Below are positions 51,446-64,000 of a stretch of 64,000 nt of DNA, piece after piece. The DNA comes from Pseudovirgaria hyperparasitica. Taxonomy: Eukaryota. Position 1 is the stretch's first letter. The number at the start of each line of letters is the position of its first letter. A model generated the notes under the pieces. The model did no database searches, was not told the origin of the DNA, and saw only the letters and a list, made by a program, of their open reading frames with translations. The position numbers and the translations under genes are program-made. The stretch lies in assembly GCA_010093815.1 (NCBI GenBank), contig ML996580.1. One strand, 5' to 3'.

Positions 51446-52844
51446 GGCATTGTGGAGGGCGGATACTCTGTGATCTTGGGCGGTTTCGTCGGCGACAGCT
51501 AATTACGGTGTCGAGCTCCCGGGAGTTCGAAGGGGAGCTACCTAAGCTTGAAAGGGTCAAGCGTATCCATGGATGTGCTTTGGAACCTCAGGTCTCCTAC
51601 TTACTCCAGGATAATTACCTGCCTGACAGCAACAAAGGTTATTAGGCATATATCAGCAACACATCATTCTTCTGTGTGTCGAAAATAGAGCTCGCTTGCT
51701 ACTCTTTACCTGAGAGAGCATGTTTTCCAGGTAGCTGGCAACAATCGCCCCGCTTAGACGAGTTTTATGAAACCTCGGGAAACCTACCGAGGTCAAATAC
51801 GTCGAGAGACAACAGTCTGGTCAATGATCAAGACTTGTCGCATATCACACATATCCATACACATACGCAGACATAGGCACAGACATGGGCACCAATACAG
51901 GGACAGGCACCGACCACTAAAGCCACGGCCTGGCTCCTCGATAGCCGCAGCGAACCATCCATCTCAGCACATCCTGAATGGCTATCGTCGATTTTCCCCT
52001 TCCTTTCCATCACATGCAGTCCAGACACATGTTATACGCGTGAGGGTGCAGTCAATAGGCCGGAGACGAGATGCACGCTGAGACGTACTTGGTCGGCTGT
52101 GTGGAATGCGGATGCAGCCACTGACTGAGACTCCCATCTGAAATTCATATTCAGGGTCGAGTCTGAAGTAGACATGCGAAACGAGGCTAGAATATGACAT
52201 GCCTAATAATTAATGGGATCAACATCTCCAGAGAATCAGCCCACTGCTTGCTGAGGCGGCGCGAAAGTGGTGTGATTCTAGTCTGGATCCTGACTTGAAC
52301 AGGAAAAGTCAAGCTCATAGCCGTCTGCAATTGGCCACCAGCCACATGTTCGAAGTAGTTGGGGCCATCCTTACCATCATAATAATCGATGATATACGGG
52401 AACAGGCACGGATACTCCACTCTATCTTACATGCATTAGTTGATCATGATTCAGTTGTACTCCTGGTCAATTAATCGTGCTTCTGCTCTGCGCTGCATGC
52501 GCACAAAGCATGGAGTTCGTCCATCCATGTATTGCTTTGCATCCTCTCCGTCCTTGCCAGGTCAAGCCTCAATTGAAGCCGACTGGTGAGGCATTTATTC
52601 CACCCAGCACAACTGTCAGTCTCCATATTTCACTTGCTGTTGCTTCACACTTCATCTGGTTCTTGGTTAGTTACGGAGATTAGTAGACTATCTGTCTGGC
52701 CATAAAGGCTTTCTTCTTCGTGCATTCCACGGCCCCTCCTGTGCTGTACATCTTCTCAACACGTGCGTAGCTTTTGCGTCTCGTCCTTTCTCGCTATCAC
52801 TGAACGTTCTCTCTACCAATACCCTTCTCTCTCTCGAGCTCACT

Positions 52845-54496
52845 ATGAGTGCAGTGGATCAAGCACTAGGTCAACGAGTCATCTTAAGCAACATTCTTCT
52901 CCAACTGACCGGCCTTGAACTTGTTCTTCTCAAGCCAGCCAAGGCAAACAAGGACATGATCCGCGGTAGTCCATCATTGTTGCCATGTTTGCTCGTCAAC
53001 AAGTTGTGGGCAGATGAAGCCACTCGGCTGTTGTGGTCACACAGGGCAAAGCTGGAGAGTCTGCTGAAAATTGATGTCACAAGGCGGCAGTACTATGCGT
53101 CAAATGTTCGAAGCATTGAAGCTCTGTCTAGTACGGGGATACAAAGTCACCAAGATACTGTCAGCCTCGATAGCCTAAACAGCCTGGACTGGCCGTGTTT
53201 GAAAGAATTTACCATGCACATCTCAGCGAATGCCAGGTCATCCGATTTCCAAGACTTCCACCCTTTCCAAGATCGCATCCTCCGTGTCAAGGCGATCAAA
53301 GTGAACGATGAGCCTGAATTGGAGCTCAACAATACAGTTAGAATGTCAGCTGCAGGTAACGTATGTAATCTCTCACGGTCTACTACAAGTACAACGACTG
53401 ACAATTTATGTCCTAGAAACCGTCTGGCACGCAATCCTTGGAAGTGAGTGAAAGCGAGGCTACTGCTGCCGTCTCGGCCTCCCATCGTGCTCACGAGATC
53501 ATAAAATTTCTCGAAGACCACCCAAAGATCAACCAGGTTTCGATACACTGTACAATCTTAACGAGAGTACCTGAGCTCGTCGACTACCTTGCACAAAAAG
53601 CGAACCTCGAATCTCTCAGTATCCTTCTAGATCACTGCGAGCCCATGAGAATGTTCAAGCCCGGCTCATTCCCTGCTCTCAAATCGCTGGAATATGCAGG
53701 CAGACTCGACACCCTCACGAACCTCGTTCCCCTACTCAACAGTCTTCAGAGTCTTCGCTTGACTGCCATGGGAAACCTTGGGATCTCTATAGATCAAACA
53801 GCGATGGATAACTTTCTGTATTGCTTGTGCTCGCTCGGACAGCTGCAAACACTGAGGCTTCAGACCAAGATATGGGGTCTATTGTCGTCGACACAGCTCG
53901 TGCTTAAAGCCCCTTTGCTAGCTCTATTCGCACAAGCCTGCCAAAACCTACGGATTCTGGATATTGATGTTGGAAATGGGCCTGACGCGTCTAGTGTTAC
54001 TGATGAAGATATGGGTCAGATCGCACGAGCCCTTCCCCGCCTCGAGCAGTTTCACTTGCCCATGAAACCTTGGCTTTCCAAGCTCACCTATCAAGGAATG
54101 CGACTCTTGGGACAGCACTGTCGACGACTCGAGTCGTTGCATCTTGGGGCGAATATATCTCTTGAGGGTCTTTCTACGGAAAGCTCAACACTACTCCCGA
54201 ATCTTCGAAGCTTTATGCTGGGCATACCAAGTGCTGGCATGCACACTCTACTCGAGCCAGAAGACAAAATTCTACCACTGCTCGATATACATATTCCAAA
54301 GCTAGAGACGGTGCTTCAACTAAGGTCATCCAGAACCCAAGACCAGAACATGACATACACAAGTGGCTCTTATGGACTCTTTTGCGTAGAGCCATCGACC
54401 AAAACCAACTGCATCGGTACCAATGGCTCAGGAAGCAACGTGTTGCTAGCACGAACATCCTATGGCGAGCTACCCAAACTAGCAGTACAGGCATGA
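52845..54496 (+). CDS. F-box-like/RNI-type leucine-rich repeat protein. Exons 52845-53360, 53417-54496
   Basis: N-terminal CLLVNKLWADEATRLLW; repeated LxxLxL units (LKSLEY, LQSLRL, LQTLRL, LRILDI, LESLHL). Phase-0 intron GTATGT...CTGAC...TAG. Confidence 0.75.
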
Positions 54497-55441
54497 AGAC
54501 GGTATAGCGGCACGCTCCTTGAACACTAGCGAGGTTTGTGCGAAGCATTGGCCGGCGTTCATTCACCATGTTCCCATTCTATGCTTAAGAGTGTTGAGAT
54601 ACCCTTGTCCCTTTTCACAATGATATGAAACCTACATGTATTGCCTACATTTGTGGTAGCCACTTGGCTTTCTCAAGAAGTTTTAGTCATGTTAATGTGT
54701 ATCACTTCAGCATCGATATATAATACGCCTAATTACAGCATAATAATACAATATACTAGCATAGCCTACCGGCTTCGCTTGTACCCAGCTCAACAAGGAC
54801 CATGTATTTGTTGTATTGGCTGTATTTACCCTGGAAGCGTACCTCGCAACCCTATAACGACCATGGCGATGCTGCATGTCGCCACTTGCACCGCCTCAAT
54901 CATCCCGACCGTCCTTCCAACGTTGTTCCGGCCCCTGCAAGTCGCGGGACCACCTGGACAGCTGCCAGGCCAATTGTGGCCTTGGGCCACCGTAGCCTAA
55001 CCGTAAACGGATGAAATGACTCTAGGCGCCACAGCAACAACAGGTTTTGGGAGCGTCAGAGAAGTCATCGTCGACATGCCTCCCACTGGTCAATCACTTC
55101 CATCCGAGTCTATTACCACCAATGGAGAACACCAAGTTCCCCAGTCCAAGCTGGACAAGACCATGTCGCGGGGTCCTTTATCTTTCTGAAGGCCATAGAT
55201 GGCGCGCGGTACGTACGTCTGCCGACCTGGGTTGATCCATCCTTCGCCGCTTAAGAACATGACCCATGGCTGGTTACAGGAGCATAGATCGCCACGGAAG
55301 AACTCAGGGCTGTATCTTTAAGAATGCGCCGCGTCGATGGTGTCGGGTTGGCAGACCTCATTCTCCCTCTTCTTCGTCTCCACAGAATATGGATTCTGAT
55401 TCTCGGTGACACTCACTTCAACATCTGCAACCATCAACAGC

Positions 55442-57309
55442 ATGGCACCATATTATGTCACTTTCGCAGTCCTTTTACTGGCGAACTGCGCGCATACATT
55501 TGTTCTGCCTGGCGTAGCTATAGCTCGGCCCACAAATACGATACATAATCTTGAAGAGGCAGAGATGCCAAGTGAAGCTACTATCACTCCTGCGCCAGCA
55601 CCCCTTCAAGCTGACGCCCTGGTCCTCTTCAGAAGACAACAGGGAGGAGACATCGACCCGTAGGCCCTCTCTTTGATGGAGTACCACGGTAATCTAATAC
55701 AATGCACAGTGTGTCGCTCGCCAACGTACTTTTAACCGGCTTCCCTCAGTCATTGCGTGAACTGGCTGTAACTAATATTCCTGCCGTGTCACTCATTCTT
55801 TGGTCCGAATTTCTGGACAACAACACCCCAAGCTGGTTTCAAGCTCTTCCGTCAGACATACAAAGCTACCTCAGTGGCCAATATGGGCCAGAGAGTGTTC
55901 GAGCCAAGACAACGAGCGCCGAACCCTCATCATCCGAAGACTCATTCTCACCCGGGCCTGTAGCCACAACAGTAGTTCAGACTTCCATGGTCACTATATC
56001 GCCTTGGCCAGCATCCAGTAATCCAATTGAGTCCGCGGCCCCTGCGCCTACTGCGTCTCCTCACAACAGTGGCCTTACAACAGCTCAAAAAATTGGGATT
56101 GGCGTTGGTGTCCCCGCTGGCGTCGCCGCAATCGCATCGCTGTTCCTATGTTGCTTCTTACTACGCCGACGACGCCAGCAGAAGAAGAATCAGATCGCAG
56201 GCAAAGATGTCAATGATCGTGTCCCTACACCTGCCTTCCTATCAACGTCAAATCGCCACCCTCCCATGGGGGAACGAGCAGAAAATGCTCTTCTTATGCA
56301 CGGCACCGTACCAACCACAGATGGGACACGTGAGGATTCTGTACACAGCAACTACTATGGTTACGGTCTTATGTCTCATGACGATCCATATGCTGCTGCC
56401 CAAGCTACGCACGGCAACTCCATCATACCTGCGGCATTCGATCGGCATAACAATCCTTATGGTAATATTTCCCCAATCTCAACAAAGAATGGAAATCGCC
56501 CTAGTCGCCGCCTTCACGGAAATGGCAATGGCAATGCAGCAAATATCGCCGCAGGCATGCTAGTCGCCCCCCCTCGTCGGGCTCGGAACGGAACTACTCG
56601 TAACTCGCATCACTCATCGCTTGGCTCCCTTGGTTCAGTCCCCGAGGCGCCTGAACATGCTGAATACACCCTGATTCCTGATCGCACTCTACGAAGTCCG
56701 CGGGGGAGCTTGGATGGTATGCAAGAAATCAGCCAAAATGATGCGAATGGATATATCCCAATCGCAAATGGTACCGTGCCAACAAACACCGCCAACCAAG
56801 CAATACCTCCTAGCGAAACCATCACTCAAGCAAACGGAATCTTTGCGGGTGGAACAGCTGTACTTCCCATCGGGACAGCTCATGGCTCACTCCCCCAAAC
56901 TTTCCCATCTCTTGATCCCGTGTGTAGTGATCGAAGCACACACCCCGCATTCCGCCCTCCAATACCACCTCCTTCTAATACAACCAAAAGCCCCTTCGCA
57001 GATGAATATGCAGAAATGATCCTGCCAACAGGCTATGCCCAAAGTCAGAAAGTGAAGCAGGAGCGAGGATGGGAGGGAAATATCTGCGAACAGAACAGTA
57101 AACCACAGAATGTGTCCTATGATTCTCCCACATTGGGCCGTGCTGGCGGAAGGAGGGGCGAAGATTGGCCAATAAGAAGTGCAACATTTGCGATAGACCG
57201 AGGGCGTTCGAAGGGCAATGCGAGGTTGTTTGGGGATGGCAAGGAAGAGGATGACGTCGTTGGTGAGAGGAGGCCATTATGGCGTGGAGATGTTTACGAA
57301 GGGACGTGA
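55442..57309 (+). CDS. Type I single-pass cell-surface protein (signal peptide, S/T/P-rich stalk, TM helix, long disordered tail; Mid2-like architecture). Exons 55442-55659, 55710-57309
   Basis: MAPYYVTFAVLLLANCAHT signal; TM IGIGVGVPAGVAAIASLFLCCFLL followed by RRRRQQKK. Intron GTAGGC...CTAAT...CAG is in frame. Confidence 0.8.
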
Positions 57310-57464
57310 GAGGATACGGTGAGGTTGGTGACATGGGCAATGTAAGGCCGGTGTGCAATGAGATGTTTGTCTCGACAGGCGCAGTATACCCGCACACGAA
57401 CAAAACAACGATACATGATACATACCATCTCCAGAACCATTACATCAACGCCGTATTCCAACAT

Positions 57465-57956
57465 TCAATAGCAATTGGAATGGGATCCTTTCCTGTCGCT
57501 GTTCCCTAGCCCGTCCACCGACCCGATGCACTCTCGACTTCCGCAGCGCCTCGAACACGTTTCCGGTGTCCTTACACCGATGCACAACCCCAGACCCATC
57601 AATCGAAACATTCTCAGTCGAACAATCTTTTGCATTACCCACCCCGGTAGCTCCACTGTTGTATCCGCCGAGCACACAATCGGCTCTCCGTGCACTGATG
57701 AGCCACTATTCCACCGTTGTTCGCTCGCCTTAGCGCGTCCTGTATCATCACTAGACAGTTGTAGTCCATGTATCATACTGAGGGTCCATGTCAGCGTGTC
57801 TGCTGGTCCGTCGGCGCTCGAGAGCAATTTCGAAATATGCGCTTTCTCCATCGCAGTCAGGTTCATGTGCAAGAACCTGTCGGTGACAGCCAGGATGGTG
57901 TCATACCTATCCGAAGGTGACGTTATCGACTCAGTCAGGAATACGAGAAGACTCAT
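57465..57956 (-). CDS. Possible small hypothetical protein (uncertain)
   Basis: 163-aa ATG-started ORF with a helical-looking N-half; no recognisable motif. Confidence 0.25.
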   Translation of the reverse strand: MSLLVFLTESITSPSDRYDTILAVTDRFLHMNLTAMEKAHISKLLSSADGPADTLTWTLSMIHGLQLSSDDTGRAKASEQRWNSGSSVHGEPIVCSADTTVELPGWVMQKIVRLRMFRLMGLGLCIGVRTPETCSRRCGSRECIGSVDGLGNSDRKGSHSNCY

Positions 57957-58132
57957 CTATGCTGTCTAAGGTAGGCAACGTGTGTGTAGTCTTAAACCAT
58001 ATCAACGTAGTCCCTACATATGTCGCCATCTCCCAATCAGAGTTGATTTTCACGACCAGAATCCTACATAGAGTGTCCTGAATGAGTATTGAGAATAGCT
58101 ACCATACAAACATCTTGCCGTGATCAACAGTT

Positions 58133-58488
58133 ATGAAAATCTCCTCTTTGGCACTAGCCTACACGGTTGTTGTGGTCGCAGCAGTGCCCCTTATCGCTTA
58201 AGTGGTTCAAGCATACTCTCTTCAAATTGAAAGGAGGGAGCGAACTCTCTTATAATACTACTCGTGAAGCATCTAATAAAGATGAGGTGTGAAAGCACCG
58301 AGCGGCTAAGACAATTACGACTATCATATCGCTACGTTCGACGCACAGTGAAGAGAAGTCGTCACGAAGAAGCGCCAGAACAAGTACAACTATAATATCG
58401 CTGCCTAGACGGTAAACAATCCGTTTGACAGAAGCGAAAAGTCCATGGCTATCGCATCGCTGCTTACAATGAAGACAACGATATATGA
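58133..58488 (+). pseudogene. Decayed secreted repeat-peptide precursor (Kex2-processed repeat protein / RiPP-precursor-like)
   Basis: ATG-initiated signal-like MKISSLALAYTVVVVAAVPLIA*, followed by three related units (DNYDYHIATFD; KKRQNKYNYNIAA; QKRKVHGYRIAAYNED), interrupted by many stops and at least one indel. Confidence 0.5.
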
Positions 58489-58491
58489 TGA

Positions 58492-59531
58492 TCATCGCTC
58501 AATAGAAAGACTTGCGTACTCTTCAACAACTTCGATGAGCTTTGCCGTTGTTCCTGGCTCTGTTACACTATGCCCAGCATCATTGATAAGATGTAGCTTT
58601 GACTCCGGCCATGCTTTGTGAAGGTCCCACGCCGTGATTGACGGACAGACGACGTCATAGCGGCCCTGCACGATGGTCATAGGAATATCGCGAATCTTAT
58701 CGATGTTTTCCTTCCTCAGCAGCTGCCCTTCCTCTAGCCATGCTCGGTTGCGAAAGTAGTGCGCTTCGATTCGCGCATGAGCAAGATTGAAGGAGGTGTC
58801 ATCTAATTGAGCCAGCCCGGGAAGGTTCGGGTACAGCGTGCTGATCGAAAGTTCCCATTTATTCCATGCTCGAGCTGCAGGGTGACTGACGCGTTCGTCG
58901 TCGGACATGAGACGTTTATTATATGCCTCGATATGGTCGGCTCGCTCTTCCTCTGGTAAGAAATTCAGGAATTCTTCAAAATGTTCTGGAAATAGTTTCG
59001 ATGCACCGCCAGGAAGCATGGTCCATTTTAATTCGAATTCTCTTACTGTAAAAATACCACGCAGAACCAGTGAGCCCACAGATGAAGGATGTGTTTGGGC
59101 ATATGCTAATGCGAGCGTTGAACCCCAGGATCCTCCGAAGACGATATGCCATTTAGAAATTTTGAGGTGCTGCCTGAGAGTTTCAATATCAGCCACGAGA
59201 TGCCATGTCGTGTTGTTGTGTATGGAAGCATTTGGCCGTGATCTACCACAGCCGCGTTGATCTAGGAGGACGGTACGATACGTCTTAGGGGAGAAGAATA
59301 CGGTATTCGGTTTGCTGATATGACCGCCGGGACCACCGTGTAGATAGATTACTATTGCGTCTGTGTAAGAGAAGGGCATTTAACAGACAGGAACCGAAGT
59401 GTAATACCAGCTTTCCCTTCAGGGTTACCATATTGCTCAAAATAAAGTTCATGATCGCCGTCTACACGAAGCCAGTCGACGTCAAAGGCATCATCGTGCT
59501 CGAAACCATTGAACGATGACGCTTGAGACAT
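58492..59531 (-). CDS. Proline iminopeptidase (peptidase S33, alpha/beta hydrolase). Exons 59531-59408, 59351-58492 (an alternative in-frame acceptor lies 9 nt upstream)
   Basis: LYFEQYGNPEG, LHGGPGG, DQRGCGRS, FGGSWGSTL, LVLRGIF, QGRYDVVCP, DAGHS. Confidence 0.95.
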
Positions 59532-59654
59532 ATTTACCCTGTAATTATAAGTGTATTTGAGACCTTCGACGAGAATGATAAGTACTCGCTGCGGACTATT
59601 GGGCGGAGGTATAGGAAGGTAGGATGACGATTTTAGCCTAAGGCAATAACACAA

Positions 59655-62600
59655 AGTCTTATGTCTATAGTTATACTCTATCTTACCTACTTATATTTTC
59701 TTCTTAGAGATATTATACTATATTATATCCTTAGAACTTACTAATAAATATAATTATCTACTATAACTCTAGTTAGTATTATACTATGTTATTATAAGAA
59801 TAGAATTATTAGATAGTAGTATAGTTAGATAGAATAATAGAGTATATTCTATTATAGAATAAATTACTACTAAACTCTTTTAGTAGAAATCTAAGAGTAT
59901 ATATATAAAGGGACGCTAATCTATCTAGTATATAATTATTTACTATCCTTTATACTACCTTCTAACTATATTAGCTAAGGTATATATAGATTAGATTATA
60001 TCTAAGGCTAAGTTCTAATAATTATTCTCTTCCTTTAGGAAGCTACCCTTAGTAATCTAGATTATTATCTATCTCTATATCTCTATTCTAAGTCTTATAA
60101 GACCTTAGTTATTCTCTATACTTTATCTTAGATATTTACTAATATTTACTAATCTAAGATTTATATAAGCGTTTTTCTAATAAACTAGATTTTATCTATT
60201 CTAAATTCTTATATAGATAAGATTATCTAATTAGGCCTAGTATATCACGTAATATATAGGTAAGTCTAGGTACTACCTATATTAAAATCTTTTCTTAGAA
60301 ATATTCCTTTCTTTAAAAAACTTCTTAACTCTTTATAGAGTTTTTTAGATTATTAGATATATTACCTAATTCTTATAGATATAGATTTATATAGATTTAC
60401 TATAATTTAGTATAATTTATATAATTTACTAATTTTTATACTATATTTAGCTAGTAATAGTAATAATCTATAATAATCTATATAAATTAGTAATAATTAT
60501 AATATAGTTTTCTAAAATCTTAATACTCTAAAGTAATTAGTATAGAAATAGATATCTTTAAATAATCCCTATCTCATATACATTACTAATATATTAAAAG
60601 CTATTAATCTACTCTAACCTAGGCCGGGCTCTAATAATCTAGCTATATATTATTATAGTTATTACTTTCTATTATATACCGCTTATAGTAGTACTAAATC
60701 TATAATATATAGTATTTATATAACTAAGAAGTATTATTACTTATAGATATTTAAATAAGTTTAAGGAACTTTATATAGATTTACTTATATTAGTATAGAT
60801 TACTACTAGGCCTCTAGTAACCTCTACTAATAAGAAGTATAGTACTACTAATTATAATATCTTTAGAGAAGGCTTTCTATAAGCTATATATCTAAGGTAA
60901 GAATTATATCTAGAAGTATAATTCTAATATAATCTATAAGAATTTATTAGAATCTACTATAGCTATTATTACTATAATTACTAGATAATATTATTTTTCT
61001 TAAATTATTATAGATTCTTACTAATATATATTAATCTCTATAATAGTACTAAAATCTCTACTACTTTAGACTTCTTTCTATATACTAGTAATATTAAAAT
61101 TTCTAGAAAAGGTTCTAGTAAAAAGGCTAAGGTTCCTTTCTTATATATACTAAAGAGCTATAAATTTAGAGAAGATAGCTCTAATCTAGAAGTTTCTATA
61201 CTAAAGGTATATAGTTCTATACTAATTATTAAATCTTTTTACTAATTTATATAATTCTTAGCATACCCACGCCAGTCTATCTCTCTCTATCCTAGGTCCC
61301 ACTACTCTATAGGTTTCTATAGAGAAGTTTATAGCTATAAGATATACTATATAGAATTTATAGTATTAGAATAAAAGACTAGAGACTTATATTATAAAGC
61401 TCTATACTATACTAAATAAGAACTAGCAGAAGGAATTAGATATAATTATTATAGTAATTAGTACTTCTACTTCTACTCTAACTTAATTAGTTTAGATCTA
61501 TACTAATTAGTACTAATATATTTCTTTTATCTAGCGTTTTTAGTTTTTAGTTTTAATTTTAAAGTAATCTTACTTCTTCTAGATAGATTAGTATAAGTTT
61601 ATATAGATCTATATAGATCTTTATATTTTCTTTTAGCTTTCTTAATTTTATCTTTCTTTAATAATAACTCCTTTAATCTCTTTAGTAATCTATACTAATC
61701 TATACTAATCGGTACTAATTCTCGATGTCTATTTCTCTTAGTAAATTATTTTTCTAAGTCTCTTTTTTAGTTAAATTTTTAAAGTTCTAAGTTTAAACTT
61801 TCTAAGGAAGTTTCTTAATTCCTTAGAATATTTTAAAGATCTATATCTCTTTTACCTTCTTTCTTTTAGATAGCTATCCTTAATACTAAACTATACTAAA
61901 AAATATTAAATTACTATACTTTAGTATAATTCTCTATAATTCTATAGCTTTCTTTATTAATTACTACTTATATACTAATATCGCTACTTTACTAATATTT
62001 ATTATAGGTTTCTAAGGATCTTTATTAGAATTATATTCTTTCTAATAAATTTTATATAGCTATATACTATCTTTAGTATATTACTAGCTAAGTATCTACT
62101 TAACTTTATAGATATCTATACCTTCTTATATAACTACTTTATATAGTATCTATTTAGAATAATCTAGTAATAATAAGATATAAAATAGCTTAAGAAGCGT
62201 AATATAGAATATATTATATATCTTTAATATAGAAGGGAGTTATAACTTATACGCCTAGTTATTAATTATATAAGTAATCTTATATAGATCTATTATTATA
62301 TAGTTAAGCTTCTTCTTTAGCCTAATACTATAAATATTCTTACTATTTAGTAAAACTTTATCCCTAATATTAAAGATTATAGGTTTTCTACCCTTATTAT
62401 AGTGTAATTTACTATAATCTATAGTATCTTATAGTAACTTTATAATACTTCTTTATATTTAGAATAGTTCTATAATAATTTCTATTACTTTAACATTAGA
62501 TTATTCTACTTTAAACTAAGTCTCTAAGAACTATATATTATAGTTCTAACTAAAGTTTACTTTAAATAGACTTATATAGATTAATATATATTAGCTATTA

Positions 62601-64000
62601 TTATATATAAATTCTATAATATAGACTAACCTTACCTAGTTATTCTACTTATAGTTATAATATATATATAAATACGCCTTAACTATCTAATTCTACTACT
62701 CTATCTATCTATCTATCTATTTATAGATAGAATATAGTACTAAGTTTCTACTTAATTCCTAGTATATAGTAGAAATCTATAATAAATTACTAGCTAGAGC
62801 CATAGGGGGATACATAGACTCTAGCACAAGTAGCGTAAGAAATAGTATAGCATGTAGAAGAGGTGCCTATAATACGATAGGTAGCCTTAGATAGTAATCT
62901 AAGGCCGAGATAGATACCTATAGGGAGAGCTAATTATAGATACTTAGAATAGGTATTCTAAGTAGTCCACTAGGTAATTAGAAATAGAATATTAGTATTC
63001 TAAGTAATATACTAAATACTTAGAATAAGTATTCTAATTAGAGGACCTTAGTAGAACTATATAGACCCTTTAGACCTAATCTCTAGAGATAGTTCTATAG
63101 TAATTAATTTAAACTTATACCGATATAATTACTACTTTACTCGCCTACTAGCTAGTTACTATTTATACCCTATTAATACTTACTATAAACCTACTTATAC
63201 TCCTCTAAGCCTTCTAAGTATCTTTACCTTTAGGAAAGTCGGGATACTCTATAGAATAGACTACTTTAGAGATAAGCTACATCCTTATTAGAGAAGGTTT
63301 ATTATAGTTTAATTACTTCTACTTAGACTCCGAAGTAAGTATTTATACTATCTATTTAAATATAAAATAGTAAATAATAGATAGTCCTTATCTTCGTAAA
63401 CCACTCTATAAGTACTAACTATAGAATAAGTTAGATATCTTATTATAGAATTAGGGGAGTAAGTCACGGAGCTCTAAAGGAAAAATATTAAACTTAGGAA
63501 AGCTAAAGAGGGCTTTAAAAGAAAAATCCTAGAACCTTTTAAAGGTAAGCGAAGCGAACTCTAAGGATTCCTAATATAGATTAGAATATACCTCTAGGCC
63601 TATTAAATTTAGGACCTAGAAGAATAAGTTATATTTACCGCTAGACTACTAAAGGGAGATATACTCGCTTAGTTTAAACCCTACTTAAGAGACTTTATAG
63701 AAAATAATCTATAGAATTAATAGAATAATACTACTAAGGTCTTTAAACGCTTTAAAGAATTCGAGAAATATATTAAGATAACTTTTAGAGATATAGATAA
63801 ATAAAGAATAGCTAAGAGACGGATCTAGTAAATAGTCTAGATAAAATCTATATCTAACTACACCTCTAAATTCTAATAAATCTCTAGTTAGCTAGAATAG
63901 GACGATGAACCCCTAATTCTTTAGTTCTATACTAGACTATATAATAATATTAAGGACGAAATCTCTAGAGAGAGAGACTATCCTACTAACCTTTAGGAGT
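59655..64000. mobile_element. Heavily RIP-mutated transposon block (runs off the window end)
   Basis: Abrupt switch to very AT-rich sequence with TA excess and near absence of CA/TG; no ORF in the track. Confidence 0.92.
63529..64000 (+). mobile_element. RIP-inactivated gag of a Ty3/Gypsy LTR retrotransposon; putative LTR/leader upstream at about 62750-63400
   Basis: A single frame reads LEPFKGKRSEL*GFLI*IRIYL*...VIFTARLLKGDILA*FKPYLRDF...TFRDID...NYTSKF**ISS*LE*DDEPLIL*FYTRLYNNIKDEI. Stops are TAA/TAG at expected Gln/Trp positions of a retrotransposon gag. Confidence 0.88.

Noticed and set aside
58310..58470. Spaced repeats resembling a CRISPR array
   Set aside because: Eukaryotic context, diverged units, no cas genes; better explained as coding repeats.
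59655..62700. Family assignment for the left part of the RIP block
   Set aside because: Could not recover transposase, RT or integrase motifs by eye.
1..64000. Secondary-metabolite gene cluster
   Set aside because: No PKS, NRPS, terpene synthase or DUF3328 gene seen.

Overview
Eukaryotic DNA from a filamentous ascomycete (Pezizomycotina; a Dothideomycete is my unconfirmed guess). Evidence: short GT-AG introns with CTRAY branch points and AT-rich blocks with the signature of repeat-induced point mutation (RIP). About 20 protein-coding genes can be reconstructed by hand: a TauD-type sulfonate dioxygenase, a probable Zip2/SHOC1-like XPF-fold protein, a bZIP factor, Ras1, a MoCF/CinA-like protein, GMF, ESF2, an alpha/beta hydrolase with a 1-nt frameshift, ATP25, NMD3, YND1 apyrase, PMC1 Ca2+-ATPase, MLH1, a CLC channel, an F-box/LRR-like protein, proline iminopeptidase and several hypothetical proteins. 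There is an 11-kb gene-free region with microsatellites and a RIP relic, and a terminal RIP-destroyed block ending in a Ty3/Gypsy gag. The most intriguing item missing from the ORF track is a decayed gene at 58133-58488: a signal peptide followed by KR-delimited Y-x-I-A repeats, resembling a Kex2-processed repeat protein or dikaritin RiPP precursor. Other notable items are a NAGNAG acceptor in GMF whose proximal site creates a stop codon, and frequent AAG 3' splice sites. All family assignments come from motif recognition, not database searches. No tRNA, rRNA or CRISPR array was found.
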